Shown here piece after piece: positions 1 to 9,125 of a stretch of 56,063 bases of DNA. The stretch comes from Nitrospiraceae bacterium. Lineage in GTDB: Bacteria > Nitrospirota > Nitrospiria > Nitrospirales > Nitrospiraceae. The stretch's first letter is position 1. Every line of letters begins with the position of its first letter. The position numbers and the translations under genes are program-made. Below the pieces are notes generated by a model, which ran no database searches, was not told the DNA's origin, and was given only the letters and a program-made list of their open reading frames with translations. Location of the stretch: assembly GCA_037442105.1 (NCBI GenBank), contig JBBIQV010000016.1, forward strand, positions 1 to 56,063, read 5' to 3'.

Positions 1-2104
1 AGCCGTCGAACGTAGATCCTATCGACGCCGCAGCACTAAGCGTCACGCTTGTGCCTTGGGTAAACTGAGCCGAACAGGTAGCGCCACAGTCAATCCCTGC
101 GGGGTTGGACGTCACTGTACCGCTACCTGACCCGGCCTTGGTTACAGCCACGTTAAAGTTGTTGACAACACTGACCAAGGCGGCCCTGGCATTGATTCGT
201 TTGGCCGTTGACACTTTGGCAGCAAGCGTACTTCCGCCTGTAGAAGCTGTGCTGGCAAGAGACGCTTTAGTGTCCCCAGTGTTCAGGATGGCATTGCGAA
301 GCTGAGTAACAGTGAGGCTCGGTTTCGCAGCCAGCAGAAGACCGGCCACTCCGACGACGTGGGGCGTGGCCATCGAGGTCCCGTTGAGAAACTGTGCGTC
401 TGTTGCCAACGGCGCGCCTTGGACACAATAGACGCGCACATTGTCCACATACACTCCGTCGGAAACCACGCTGCCGTCCGTCAGCAAATGGAACTGGATT
501 CTGGCGGCAGGTTTCCCATCCGGCACATCGCCCATGGTCAAGAGAAGAAAACTCCCGCTCGTGTTTCCGCCCACGATGCCTGAAATTGTGGTGAAGTTCA
601 CTCCATCAGGTGAGCTGTCGAACAAGACTTCATCATTCGGGGCAAACGCCGCGCGAACCCGCGCGTCGAAGCGACAGCCCCGTTGACCTAGAGTGCTGAA
701 GGCTGGCGATCTCAGGAACGAATCCGCATTGTTGGCATAGTTGCCCCCGGCGCTGTCGGTGAGGCTGTTCGGCGCGCTGAACGAAGCCGTGTTTGTGAGC
801 GCCCAATTGGCCGTACCGCCGGTTTGCCACGAAAATGCCCCATCAAAGTTCTCGTTGAGGATTGAGAATATGTTGGACGTAGGCTTGGTGCTGGAAATGT
901 TCGTACCAGGTGCTGCGATCTGTACCGTCGTCGCACCGAAGTTAGAAAAGCTCGCCAAGTTGTCGTTCGAATTCACCGCAGCGACGGCGATGACGTTCGG
1001 CAGCGCCGCCAGCATCTGTCCGTTACAGTTCGTGGCCACGCTGAAATTCGAGGGAAAGTTAGGAACCACATCGTTATCGTCGCCGATCCCATCTCCCCCT
1101 CCATTACCGGCGGCCGCGACGAATAACACGCCGGCTTGATTTGCCGCAGCAATGGCGTTGTACTCGGTCAAACTGCACCCCGGCCCGCCATAGCTCGCAT
1201 TGATGATCTTCGCTCCCTTGTTTGCAGCATAATTGATCGCATTGGCACTGTCGATAACCGAGCTAAACACCATGCCGATGCGCAACGGCATGAGCTTGGC
1301 GGCCCACATGACTCCGGTCGTTCCGATCCCGTTGTTGCCCGCCGCAGCAATCGTTCCAGCCACATGAGTTCCGTGGCCGGGGTTGGAACCCAACCATCCG
1401 CTTACTGGAGGATTGATATCGACGGCGTCCATAGGATCGTTATCGTTCATCGTGAAATCCCACCCCCGGATGTCATCCACAAAACCGTTCCCGTCATCGT
1501 CAATTCCATTGCCCGCGATTTCGCCCGGGTTCATCCAGATGTTCGGCGCAAGATCGGGATGGTCGTAAGCGATCCCGCTATCGATCACCGCGATGACGAC
1601 ATTGGGACTTCCGGTGGTGATGTCCCACGCTTCCGGGGCATCGATGTCCGCATCGAACGTCCCTGTGACTGGTGTTCCATTTACATTAATCGTTTGCCCC
1701 GTATTGTTTAATCCCCATAAGGTTCCGTTTGTGAACTGGGGATCGTTCGGGATGGCGTAAAAATAGCGGATGTAATTCGGCTCTGCGTATTCGACCGCGG
1801 GATTGCTTTGATACTGAGCGATGGCGTCTTCAACCTTCGTCCCTTCCGGCAGCTTGATATGCTCCAGATGCGTTGTTGGGTAGCTGTGCAGGCTTTGCGC
1901 TCGCACTTGAGTGTGGAGCGCACTGATGAGAGAACTGGGCACTTCCGATCGAAACTTGACGATGACCTCGCCCGGCTTATACGGCAACGATGCACTGTCT
2001 CCTGCGTGATGCTGAATGCCCAGAGCCTGGCCGAGTTGAGCCGCGACGTCTCTCTTGTTCAGCAAAACAAGCAGCGACGCGATCGCGCAAAACACCGCTA
2101 CCAT
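1..2104 (-). CDS. Secreted S8 (subtilisin-like) serine protease, 3' end outside window
   Basis: Manual translation from ATG 2104 (absent from the ORF track because it runs off the edge): signal-like MVAVFCAIASLLVLL, prodomain PYKPGEVIVKF...VEYAEPNY, catalytic motifs VIAVIDSG, GHGTHVAG, AAAGN, GTSMATPHV, then VTKAGSGSGTVTSNPAGIDCGATCSAQF (divergent InlB B-repeat-like). Confidence 0.93.
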   Translation of the reverse strand, partial: MVAVFCAIASLLVLLNKRDVAAQLGQALGIQHHAGDSASLPYKPGEVIVKFRSEVPSSLISALHTQVRAQSLHSYPTTHLEHIKLPEGTKVEDAIAQYQSNPAVEYAEPNYIRYFYAIPNDPQFTNGTLWGLNNTGQTINVNGTPVTGTFDADIDAPEAWDITTGSPNVVIAVIDSGIAYDHPDLAPNIWMNPGEIAGNGIDDDGNGFVDDIRGWDFTMNDNDPMDAVDINPPVSGWLGSNPGHGTHVAGTIAAAGNNGIGTTGVMWAAKLMPLRIGMVFSSVIDSANAINYAANKGAKIINASYGGPGCSLTEYNAIAAANQAGVLFVAAAGNGGGDGIGDDNDVVPNFPSNFSVATNCNGQMLAALPNVIAVAAVNSNDNLASFSNFGATTVQIAAPGTNISSTKPTSNIFSILNENFDGAFSWQTGGTANWALTNTASFSAPNSLTDSAGGNYANNADSFLRSPAFSTLGQRGCRFDARVRAAFAPNDEVLFDSSPDGVNFTTISGIVGGNTSGSFLLLTMGDVPDGKPAARIQFHLLTDGSVVSDGVYVDNVRVYCVQGAPLATDAQFLNGTSMATPHVVGVAGLLLAAKPSLTVTQLRNAILNTGDTKASLASTASTGGSTLAAKVSTAKRINARAALVSVVNNFNVAVTKAGSGSGTVTSNPAGIDCGATCSAQFTQGTSVTLSAAASIGSTFDG

Positions 2105-2126
2105 ATACCCTACCGTTCGCGCTATC

Positions 2127-2525
2127 CTACTTCCCTTGTTCGTGGAACGTTCGCGTGTAATTCGGCTCCGCATACTCGACCTCCTGGAGAGTGGACAATC
2201 GTTTCACCGTCAATTCGACGGATGCCCCACGGGCGATCTTGATTCGATGGACGTGCAGATCTTTGTACTCAGTGATCAGCTCAGCACCGTGCTCTTGCAA
2301 GATGGCGGCGACGCGATCCTCCGTCACCTCCGGCTTGAACTTCACTAACACCTCCCCCGGCACGAATCGAGGAGTGAGGGCCTGAATAGGACTGGGTTTT
2401 TGTGCAGACTCCCTAAGGAGCTCCGGACTCGTGTTTTCACATGCTGCAAGAAAACACAGTGACGCAATGACCATCAGGAATCTCATAATGGCCCTGTTAG
2501 AACTTGGGAGGCTCATAGTCTTCAC
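2127..2525 (-). CDS. Lipoprotein consisting of a stand-alone subtilase prodomain (fervidolysin N-pro/I9-like)
   Basis: Hydrophobic stretch ending in lipobox FLAAC; FVPGEVLVKFK...EVEYAEPNY resembles the prodomain of the adjacent protease; start codon uncertain. Confidence 0.8.
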   Translation of the reverse strand: MKTMSLPSSNRAIMRFLMVIASLCFLAACENTSPELLRESAQKPSPIQALTPRFVPGEVLVKFKPEVTEDRVAAILQEHGAELITEYKDLHVHRIKIARGASVELTVKRLSTLQEVEYAEPNYTRTFHEQGK

Positions 2526-3104
2526 TCCACCTGGTCAAACCAGTTTCTCGCCGGCCGAGTTTTGAGGGGGGGCATAGGATACATCGATTCCTAGGGGAGG
2601 CGTCCATACCTATTTTTAGTAGGGATAAACATCTCTGACGTTCCCGACGAATACGCAATAGCTTGTGGCAATCGAATGAACCATGTTGGCAAGCAGGATA
2701 GCCACACGGAGAGATCCATCGCAATACGCCAGATGGCGTATGTGAGCATCGACCAAGCTTTACGCAATCCTGAAGCAAACGCGGATTTGCAGGTCACCTG
2801 CCTATCATGGTTTCGTTGTCGGGGAGGATCTTCGGAAGCGTGCGTGGCGGGGCGATCACAGATCGGGTTACCTTCCTCATGCGACACCCGTGCGCGAAGG
2901 AAATAATCCACGCAAGTCCCGTGACCGGAGGTAGTCGTTTACGCCTAGCCCGGATGAAATGTCAATACCTCTTCCTAGAAACTTGGCCTTGCCTACATTG
3001 TCTGACTTGGCTGCCCCAGAAGCATTCCTTCTCTAAGCTCGCCAGAGATAAGAAGAAACACCGCTAATAATAGGAGTATTTCCGATCTGCTGCGTGGTTG
3101 CTCC

Positions 3105-3120
3105 TGGCAAAGAAGTTGCT
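3105..3120 (+). promoter_or_regulatory. Putative sigma54 (-24/-12) promoter
   Basis: TGGCAAAGAAGTTGCT has exact GG-N10-GC spacing, about 60 bp upstream of ATG 3180. Confidence 0.6.
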
Positions 3121-3179
3121 CCACTTTGTTTCGAGCGCGGAGTAGAATGAAATGTTACGTCCGACTCGGAGGTGCTGCC

Positions 3180-3617
3180 ATGAAGAATCGTGTTGCCCTG
3201 CTTCTGGCGTATGGCCTGTGGTTGGTTCTCCTGCCAAATGCTTCACCGGCACAGATAAGTATCATCCAAGGAAGCAACGGGACGAGCGGCACGATTACCG
3301 ATCTCGGCAATGGCTTTCACATCTACTCCGATTCCCATGGCAACACCGGCACGATCGTGGATCTCGGCGGCGGATTCCAGTCGTACTCTTTCACCGCCCC
3401 GCAGGGGCAGACGAAGTCGGGAAACATCACGACTTTTGGCACGCCGGTTCCGCCCAACAACTTGACTCCCGCGCCGGTGCTGCCCTTCAATCCGCATGGC
3501 CCTCTGATGCCGCGCGAGCAGGCGGCGCCGGTGGTGCCTTTCACGCCCTCTTCACCAACAACGCCCAGCTCCAGTTTCGGAGCATTTGGTAACAGCGGCG
3601 GCCGCTTCGGCCGGTAA
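3180..3617 (+). CDS. Secreted hypothetical protein with short Gly/Thr repeats and Pro-rich tail
   Basis: GGAGG SD before ATG; signal peptide MKNRVALLLAYGLWLVLLPNASPA; repeats GTSGTITDLGNGFHIYS / GNTGTIVDLGGGFQSYS. Confidence 0.75.
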   Translation: MKNRVALLLAYGLWLVLLPNASPAQISIIQGSNGTSGTITDLGNGFHIYSDSHGNTGTIVDLGGGFQSYSFTAPQGQTKSGNITTFGTPVPPNNLTPAPVLPFNPHGPLMPREQAAPVVPFTPSSPTTPSSSFGAFGNSGGRFGR

Positions 3618-3700
3618 CGGCGTCGCTCTCACAGCCCGCGCTCCAATCCTCCTATTCGTTGACTCCCCCACACCTTCCGCTAGACTTTGAGAAACCCTGT

Positions 3701-5113
3701 ATGAGTACGCCGCGATCAGCAAGCTGGGGCTGGGTAAGCCACTACCTGTTCGTTGTGCTCCTTGTGCTGCTCCTGGGGGGCGTGCTCGGCAATCTCGCAC
3801 CGGTCAAACAGGTTACCGTGGGAGCTTTCGGTCTCACGGGGACCCAAGCGGTCCGGCTCTTGAGCGTCGGGGTAAGTCTCCTGCTTTTCTGGTTCCTCGT
3901 CCATCGGGTCAGCGACCACCTGGCCGACAATGGGCGCGGTGCCACGTTCCTCCGCGCCATCCTTCGCCCCCTCGCGACGTTCCTCGTGCTGGTGATCGGC
4001 AACAAGGTGTTGCAAAACAATGCGGCTCCGCTCCTCGATCAGTTTGGACCCCACCTGTATCAGTGGGGCTTTGTCGGCGGGCTCGGAGCCACCGCTGCCT
4101 GGCTGACACTTCAATGGGTCCGTCACCTGGATGGCCTGAAACGCTCCCTGACCGGTCCACACCACGCCTCCGCGCCTGCGCTCAGAACTCAGGCAGCGGA
4201 CGAGGCCGGAGCCGAACCGGACACGCCCCCGCTCCCGAACCAGGCCCGCGCGGATAGCACGGTCCCTCTCGCCAACTGCGGCGCACCGACCATGTTGGGA
4301 CGGTACAAGGTCCTGAAGGAACTGGGGCGAGGCGCCATGGGCATCGTCTATCTTGGGAAAGACCCCACAATCCAGCGTTTCGTGGCGATCAAGACGATGC
4401 GGCTCGACGAAGCGGACGAGCCGAGCCGGCTCCAAGACGTGAAAACTCGCTTCTTCCGCGAGGCCGAATCGACCGGGCGTCTGTCCCACCCGAACATTGT
4501 GACGATCTACGATGCCGGCGAGCAGCAGGGCCTGGGCTACATCGCTATGGAATTTTTGGAAGGGACCACGCTCCGCGACTGGTGTGGGAAAGATCGCCTC
4601 CTTCCCGAGCAGCGGGCGATCGACATCGTGATCCAAGTTGCCGAAGCCCTGGACTACGCACATGGCCAAGGTGTCGTGCATCGGGACATCAAGCCGGCGA
4701 ACATCATGCTCACCAAGGATGGCCGCGTGAAGGTGATGGATTTCGGCATCGCCAAGCTCACCACCTCCATGCGCACCAGGACGACCTCGATCCTCGGGAC
4801 CCCGAACTACATGTCGCCCGAGCAAATCGCGGGAAAGAGCGTGGACGGCCGCACCGACATCTTCTCGCTCGGGGTGGTGCTGTTCGAGCTTTTGACCGGC
4901 AAGAAACCCTTCGACGCGGACAATATTTCCGCGCTGCTGTATAAGATCGCGCACGAACCTCATCCGTCATTGCGTCACGTTCGTTCGGATGTGCATCCCA
5001 ATATCGAATCGATCGTGAACCAGGCTCTACAAAAAGAACTGCCGCGCCGGTATCGCAAAGCGAGCGAGCTGGCGCACGCGCTTCGTACCTGCTTGCAAGA
5101 ACGAGCCGCCTGA
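3701..5113 (+). CDS. Hanks-type Ser/Thr protein kinase with N-terminal multi-TM region
   Basis: LGRGAMGIVY, VAIK, HRDIKPANI, DFGIAK, GTPNYMSPEQ, DIFSLG; about four hydrophobic helices before the kinase domain. Confidence 0.95.
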   Translation: MSTPRSASWGWVSHYLFVVLLVLLLGGVLGNLAPVKQVTVGAFGLTGTQAVRLLSVGVSLLLFWFLVHRVSDHLADNGRGATFLRAILRPLATFLVLVIGNKVLQNNAAPLLDQFGPHLYQWGFVGGLGATAAWLTLQWVRHLDGLKRSLTGPHHASAPALRTQAADEAGAEPDTPPLPNQARADSTVPLANCGAPTMLGRYKVLKELGRGAMGIVYLGKDPTIQRFVAIKTMRLDEADEPSRLQDVKTRFFREAESTGRLSHPNIVTIYDAGEQQGLGYIAMEFLEGTTLRDWCGKDRLLPEQRAIDIVIQVAEALDYAHGQGVVHRDIKPANIMLTKDGRVKVMDFGIAKLTTSMRTRTTSILGTPNYMSPEQIAGKSVDGRTDIFSLGVVLFELLTGKKPFDADNISALLYKIAHEPHPSLRHVRSDVHPNIESIVNQALQKELPRRYRKASELAHALRTCLQERAA

Positions 5114-5123
5114 TCGGAGACAC

Positions 5124-5963
5124 ATGGCGACGATGCGGACCTGCTATGGCGTGGTATCGGACGTGGGCTTGAAACGGGCCAACAATGAAGACCGGTTCTG
5201 CGCGGAGCCGGCGCTCGGCCTGTACGTGGTCTGCGACGGCATGGGTGGACGAAACACCGGCGAAATCGCCAGCGCGCTCGCTATCGAGACCATTCAACAG
5301 CACATGCGGGAAGCCGCACGCCGGCCGGACCTGCCGTTGATCGGCGTACACGATCCGGCCTTCTCGCCGCAGGCTAACCGGCTCGCCGCCGCGATCCGCC
5401 TCGCCAATCAGATTATTTATGAACAAGCGTCGCAGCGACCCGAGTGTGCCGGCATGGGCACCACCGTCGCCGCCATCTTGATCAGGGATCAGATTCTTTC
5501 CATAGCACACGTGGGGGATAGCCGTTTGTATCTGATTCGAAACCACACGATCCAGCCGCTCACGATAGATCACTCTTTGGTGGCCGAACAAGTCCGACAA
5601 GGGCTGATACGCACGGATGAGGCCCAGCGATCCTCCCGGAAAAACGTCTTGACCCGCGCCGTTGGCGTCCAGCCGACGGTTGAGGTGGAGCTGGGAGAGA
5701 TTCCGGTCCGCACCCATGACCTCTTGCTGTTGTGTTCGGATGGGCTGACACACGGGGTGACTTCCTGCGAGATCCTTCAATCGCTCGGCGGATGTGACGA
5801 CCCTCACACCATGTCTCAACGCCTCGTCGCGATGGCCAATGCCGCCGGTGGCGAGGACAACACGACCGTGATGCTGATCGCCCTGAGCCCGGACCACCAA
5901 CCTGGCGTGTGGCAACGCATTCGCGATCGCTTCCGGCGTCGCGCGTACCAGCATGCTCACTGA
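5124..5963 (+). CDS. PP2C-family (Stp1/PrpC-like) Ser/Thr phosphatase
   Basis: RANNED, CDGMGG, HVGDSR, CSDGL, GGEDNTT motifs. Confidence 0.95.
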   Translation: MATMRTCYGVVSDVGLKRANNEDRFCAEPALGLYVVCDGMGGRNTGEIASALAIETIQQHMREAARRPDLPLIGVHDPAFSPQANRLAAAIRLANQIIYEQASQRPECAGMGTTVAAILIRDQILSIAHVGDSRLYLIRNHTIQPLTIDHSLVAEQVRQGLIRTDEAQRSSRKNVLTRAVGVQPTVEVELGEIPVRTHDLLLLCSDGLTHGVTSCEILQSLGGCDDPHTMSQRLVAMANAAGGEDNTTVMLIALSPDHQPGVWQRIRDRFRRRAYQHAH

Positions 5964-5975
5964 GGAGGAACGACC

Positions 5976-6689
5976 ATGCCCGATGTGACGATGACCGGCC
6001 CCATAGTGATTCTGAAGTTACACGAATCCGTCCTCAAAGAAGTGGAGTTGAAGGAACAGCTCACCATCGGCCGCAAAGCCGGCAATGACCTTGTCATCGA
6101 GGATCAAGCAGTCTCCGGTCGCCATGCGCGGATCGTCAAAATCCACTCGGTCTATTTTCTCGAGGATTTGAACAGCACGAACGGCACCCACGTGAACGGC
6201 CGGAAGATCGACCGGAAGCAGCTCAAAGATACCGACGTGATCACCATCGGCACGCACCGGCTGGTCTTTCGCGACGAAGTCAGGAACGACTCGGTTCCCG
6301 TTCGCCCTCTCGCAGCCGATTCCGATCAGACAATGATCGTCACCGGAGCGATTCAATCCGGGCGAGCCGGCACGTGCCGGCAGTCGCCGGTGGTACGGAT
6401 CGTCTCAGGCCGCACGGATCGGAGCGAATACCCACTCACCAAGCAGTTGTCGATCATCGGCACCCAGGACGACGCCGCGATCAAGCTTACAGGATGGTTC
6501 GCGCCGAAGACCGCCGCCATGATAGGCCGGCGCGAAGATGGATGTTTTATCGCGACAGCCGAAGGGGGAAAGATCATCAAGGTGAACGGCCAGGTCGTCA
6601 CCGGCCAGGTGGATCTGAAAAACGGCGACCTGATCGAAGTCGCCGGGGTGAAGATGTCTTTCTATCTCGACACTCCTGCCAAACCCTGA
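5976..6689 (+). CDS. Tandem FHA-domain protein
   Basis: First FHA: IGR...VSGRHA...STNGTHVNG; second FHA-like domain ending LKNGDLIEVAG; GAGGAGG SD. Confidence 0.92.
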   Translation: MPDVTMTGPIVILKLHESVLKEVELKEQLTIGRKAGNDLVIEDQAVSGRHARIVKIHSVYFLEDLNSTNGTHVNGRKIDRKQLKDTDVITIGTHRLVFRDEVRNDSVPVRPLAADSDQTMIVTGAIQSGRAGTCRQSPVVRIVSGRTDRSEYPLTKQLSIIGTQDDAAIKLTGWFAPKTAAMIGRREDGCFIATAEGGKIIKVNGQVVTGQVDLKNGDLIEVAGVKMSFYLDTPAKP

Positions 6690-6709
6690 GAGGCCCGTGA
6701 CGGTTTGAC

Positions 6710-6925
6710 TTAGCCCGCATTATTCACGAGGGTTCGTGACGAAACCGCCAAGACACCAAGCGAGACGGGCGCGCGGAGCCCTGAAGACCTGAGGCGTACT
6801 TGAACAGTACGTCGAAGGTCTGAGGGGCGAGCCCGCCCGCCGGCATGCCGCAAGGCCGCATGCCGGCTTGTCGCAGCGGCGTATCGGCGGTTGCAGTAGA
6901 AGCCATCGTGAATAATGCGGGTTAG
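6710..6925. mobile_element. MITE-like element (~208 bp between TTAG direct repeats)
   Basis: Perfect 16-bp terminal inverted repeats CCCGCATTATTCACGA (6714-6729) / TCGTGAATAATGCGGG (6906-6921), flanked by TTAG at 6710-6713 and 6922-6925; internal hairpins; no transposase. Confidence 0.75.
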
Positions 6926-7491
6926 TTGAGCACGCCGCGCCGCGGCAACGTCCGGTAACATTGCTCCGACACATCCTGCGCGTGCTCTTCAAGGCATTGA
7001 AGAATGCGGCCAGGCCCAGGCGGCACATTCCGGCAAAATCGTCTCACATCCGCCTCGCAGGCCGCCCTCATGCGCTGCGCCTCCTCTTTGACACGCACCA
7101 TACGATCCTGCGCGACACGCTGACAGACGGCCGACAAATGGCGCCCTTTGTTCTGGAGGCACCGGCGGCGGTCGCCGCCCGGACCACCTTCCGGACAGAG
7201 CTGCTCCACTTCCGCCTGACACTTAAGTTCAACGCTGGCTGAAATCGGCGCAGGCTCGACCTTGGGAATCTCAGCGATAGAGACTTCGGGTGCCGGCGCC
7301 GGTGATTCTACGACCGGCGGTGACGGAGGCGCGGGCAGGGTGGACAGGCCCGAAGACGGTTGCGGCGCTGGGGACTTCTCCTGCCTCGGCAGATTCAGTA
7401 CCACCGTCCCCCAGACCACACCAAGGACGACGAGAGTCAAAAGCCCGACAACCAAAGACACGCCGGTTCGCATGGGTCCCGCTCCGGACAT
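6922..7491 (-). CDS. Membrane-anchored cysteine-rich repeat (GLG1-like) protein
   Basis: N-terminal TM, Pro-rich linker, two repeats CxxxVxxxC...CL...S..C. Confidence 0.8.
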   Translation of the reverse strand: MSGAGPMRTGVSLVVGLLTLVVLGVVWGTVVLNLPRQEKSPAPQPSSGLSTLPAPPSPPVVESPAPAPEVSIAEIPKVEPAPISASVELKCQAEVEQLCPEGGPGGDRRRCLQNKGRHLSAVCQRVAQDRMVRVKEEAQRMRAACEADVRRFCRNVPPGPGRILQCLEEHAQDVSEQCYRTLPRRGVLN

Positions 7492-7578
7492 ACACACCTA
7501 CGAAAGACGATTCAACCCGCCGACACGCCAAGACCACCTTATCGAAAGGGAGCGCGAGAGGAAGGCCGGCACGGTCTC

Positions 7579-8592
7579 TCAGTTTTCCGGCGCTTCGACG
7601 ATGTGATTTTCGAAGCGCGTGCACCCTTCGGCGAGGAGCCGGTTGGTGAGCATTTCGCCCGGCCACTCGATGGGTAGGTCGGCGGTGAAGACCCAGACAT
7701 CCGGAGAAGTCCAGACCGGGCCATGATCTTCGGGGAGCTCAGGGTCGAAGAGATCCGTCCAAACCGGCATGTAGACGCCGTTTCCGCACTGCGTGTGGAG
7801 ATGCACGATCGTCCTCGCCCTCACGAGCGGATCGAGATCCCGCCACACGGCCGCCGTTTCATCCGCCAAACGATGGAGCCGCACGGCATTCTGCGCATCG
7901 AACACGGCGTAGGCTGCGTACACGGGCGCATCCAACATGTCCGGTGCCAGCGCCAGGTCCACGCATTGCTCGACCAGTTCTTCAAGCAAGGCGCGGCGGT
8001 GACGATCTTCGAGGGATTCGGGCAAACTAGGATCCGGCGCCCCGATCAACTGGAAAATCAAATAGGCCGTGTTCTCGACAGGTGGGTAGAGACGCGCGGC
8101 GATCGGCTGCGGCCGCTGAGAGTCCGCAATAGCCGCCAAGTGATCGTTCAGCGACTGAAGCGAGAACAATTCGAGCGTGGCGTCGGTGAGCAGCCGAGGT
8201 TCGACGCGGACGACCGTGCCGGCCGGGAGCCTGAGATGGCGATGCAGGACGTCGGCGGTCGCGACAGGATCGATCTTGAGACTGAGCGGTTGGCTCAGAT
8301 TCGCTTGCAGCGGCAACTCGAGCGCCGCAATCACGGCATAGGCCGGCTTTTCATCGGCCGGTCCATCGAGCACGATGGAGCACGCGGCCTCTGCGAGGAG
8401 ATCGAACATCCATTCCGCCATCTCCTCGTCCAGCGCAGCCAGCACGGTCAACAGATCGTGCTCGCGGCCCTGTTCGAGAAACGCTTGGAGCGTGTCGATC
8501 GCTGCGTCGGTGTCGCCGTGGTCGTGCCGGCGCGCATTGATCAGATGAATCAGATCGCGTGTCAACGGATCGGGCCTAGACCAGCTCAACAT
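7579..8592 (-). CDS. Hypothetical protein (337 aa, acidic)
   Basis: Long ORF with protein-like composition; GAGGA SD before ATG. Confidence 0.7.
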   Translation of the reverse strand: MLSWSRPDPLTRDLIHLINARRHDHGDTDAAIDTLQAFLEQGREHDLLTVLAALDEEMAEWMFDLLAEAACSIVLDGPADEKPAYAVIAALELPLQANLSQPLSLKIDPVATADVLHRHLRLPAGTVVRVEPRLLTDATLELFSLQSLNDHLAAIADSQRPQPIAARLYPPVENTAYLIFQLIGAPDPSLPESLEDRHRRALLEELVEQCVDLALAPDMLDAPVYAAYAVFDAQNAVRLHRLADETAAVWRDLDPLVRARTIVHLHTQCGNGVYMPVWTDLFDPELPEDHGPVWTSPDVWVFTADLPIEWPGEMLTNRLLAEGCTRFENHIVEAPEN

Positions 8593-8646
8593 TCTGTCGT
8601 CCTCGCTCCGTTCGAATATCCGGCTATTAGAGAGCCTGCCTCACGT

Positions 8647-8662
8647 TGCAACCATGTTGCCA
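8647..8662 (-). promoter_or_regulatory. Putative sigma54 (-24/-12) promoter
   Basis: Minus strand reads (TT)TGGCAACATGGTTGCA with exact spacing, about 55 bp upstream of ATG 8592. Confidence 0.6.
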
Positions 8663-8711
8663 AACTTTCCACCACGTGGCAAGCATCAAGTCGCATCACA
8701 GTCGTCGTGCC

Positions 8712-9125
8712 TCACTCACCGATCACTTTAACAAGAACTCGCTTGCGGCGACGGCCGTCGAATTCTCCATAAAAGATCTGCTCCCAGGGTCCGAAATCCA
8801 ATCGGCCTTCGGTGATCGCGACCACCACCTCGCGACCCATGAGTTGCCGTTTGATGTGCGCATCACCATTATCTTCCCCCGTATCGTTGTGCCGATAGGT
8901 GGCGCTGTGCGGAGCAAGTCTTTCCAGGAACTCATCATAGTCTTTGAGGAGCCCCGCTTCGTCATCGTTGATATACACGCTGGCGGTAATATGCATGGCG
9001 TTGACCAAGACCAGGCCTTCCCTGATTCCGCTCTTTGCGACCGCGGCTGCGACTTGCGGAGTGATATTGATGTAGGCACGGCGAGTCTTCGTGTCGAACC
9101 AGAGTTCTTCTCGGTAGGATCGCAT
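8712..9125 (-). CDS. yjbQ: YjbQ/UPF0047 family protein (secondary thiamine-phosphate synthase)
   Basis: [40 protein letters not shown]. Confidence 0.92.
   Translation of the reverse strand: MRSYREELWFDTKTRRAYINITPQVAAAVAKSGIREGLVLVNAMHITASVYINDDEAGLLKDYDEFLERLAPHSATYRHNDTGEDNGDAHIKRQLMGREVVVAITEGRLDFGPWEQIFYGEFDGRRRKRVLVKVIGE

Noticed and set aside
105..2348. Many plus-strand ORFs over the first 2.3 kb
   Set aside because: Antisense shadows of the minus-strand S8 protease and prodomain genes
2688..2704. Possible sigma54 site upstream of the prodomain gene (minus strand TGGCTATCCTGCTTGCC)
   Set aside because: GG-to-GC spacing is one base too long
3716..5960. Long minus-strand ORFs (415 and 400 aa)
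   Set aside because: Antisense to the kinase and PP2C genes; typical high-GC shadow frames with no motifs
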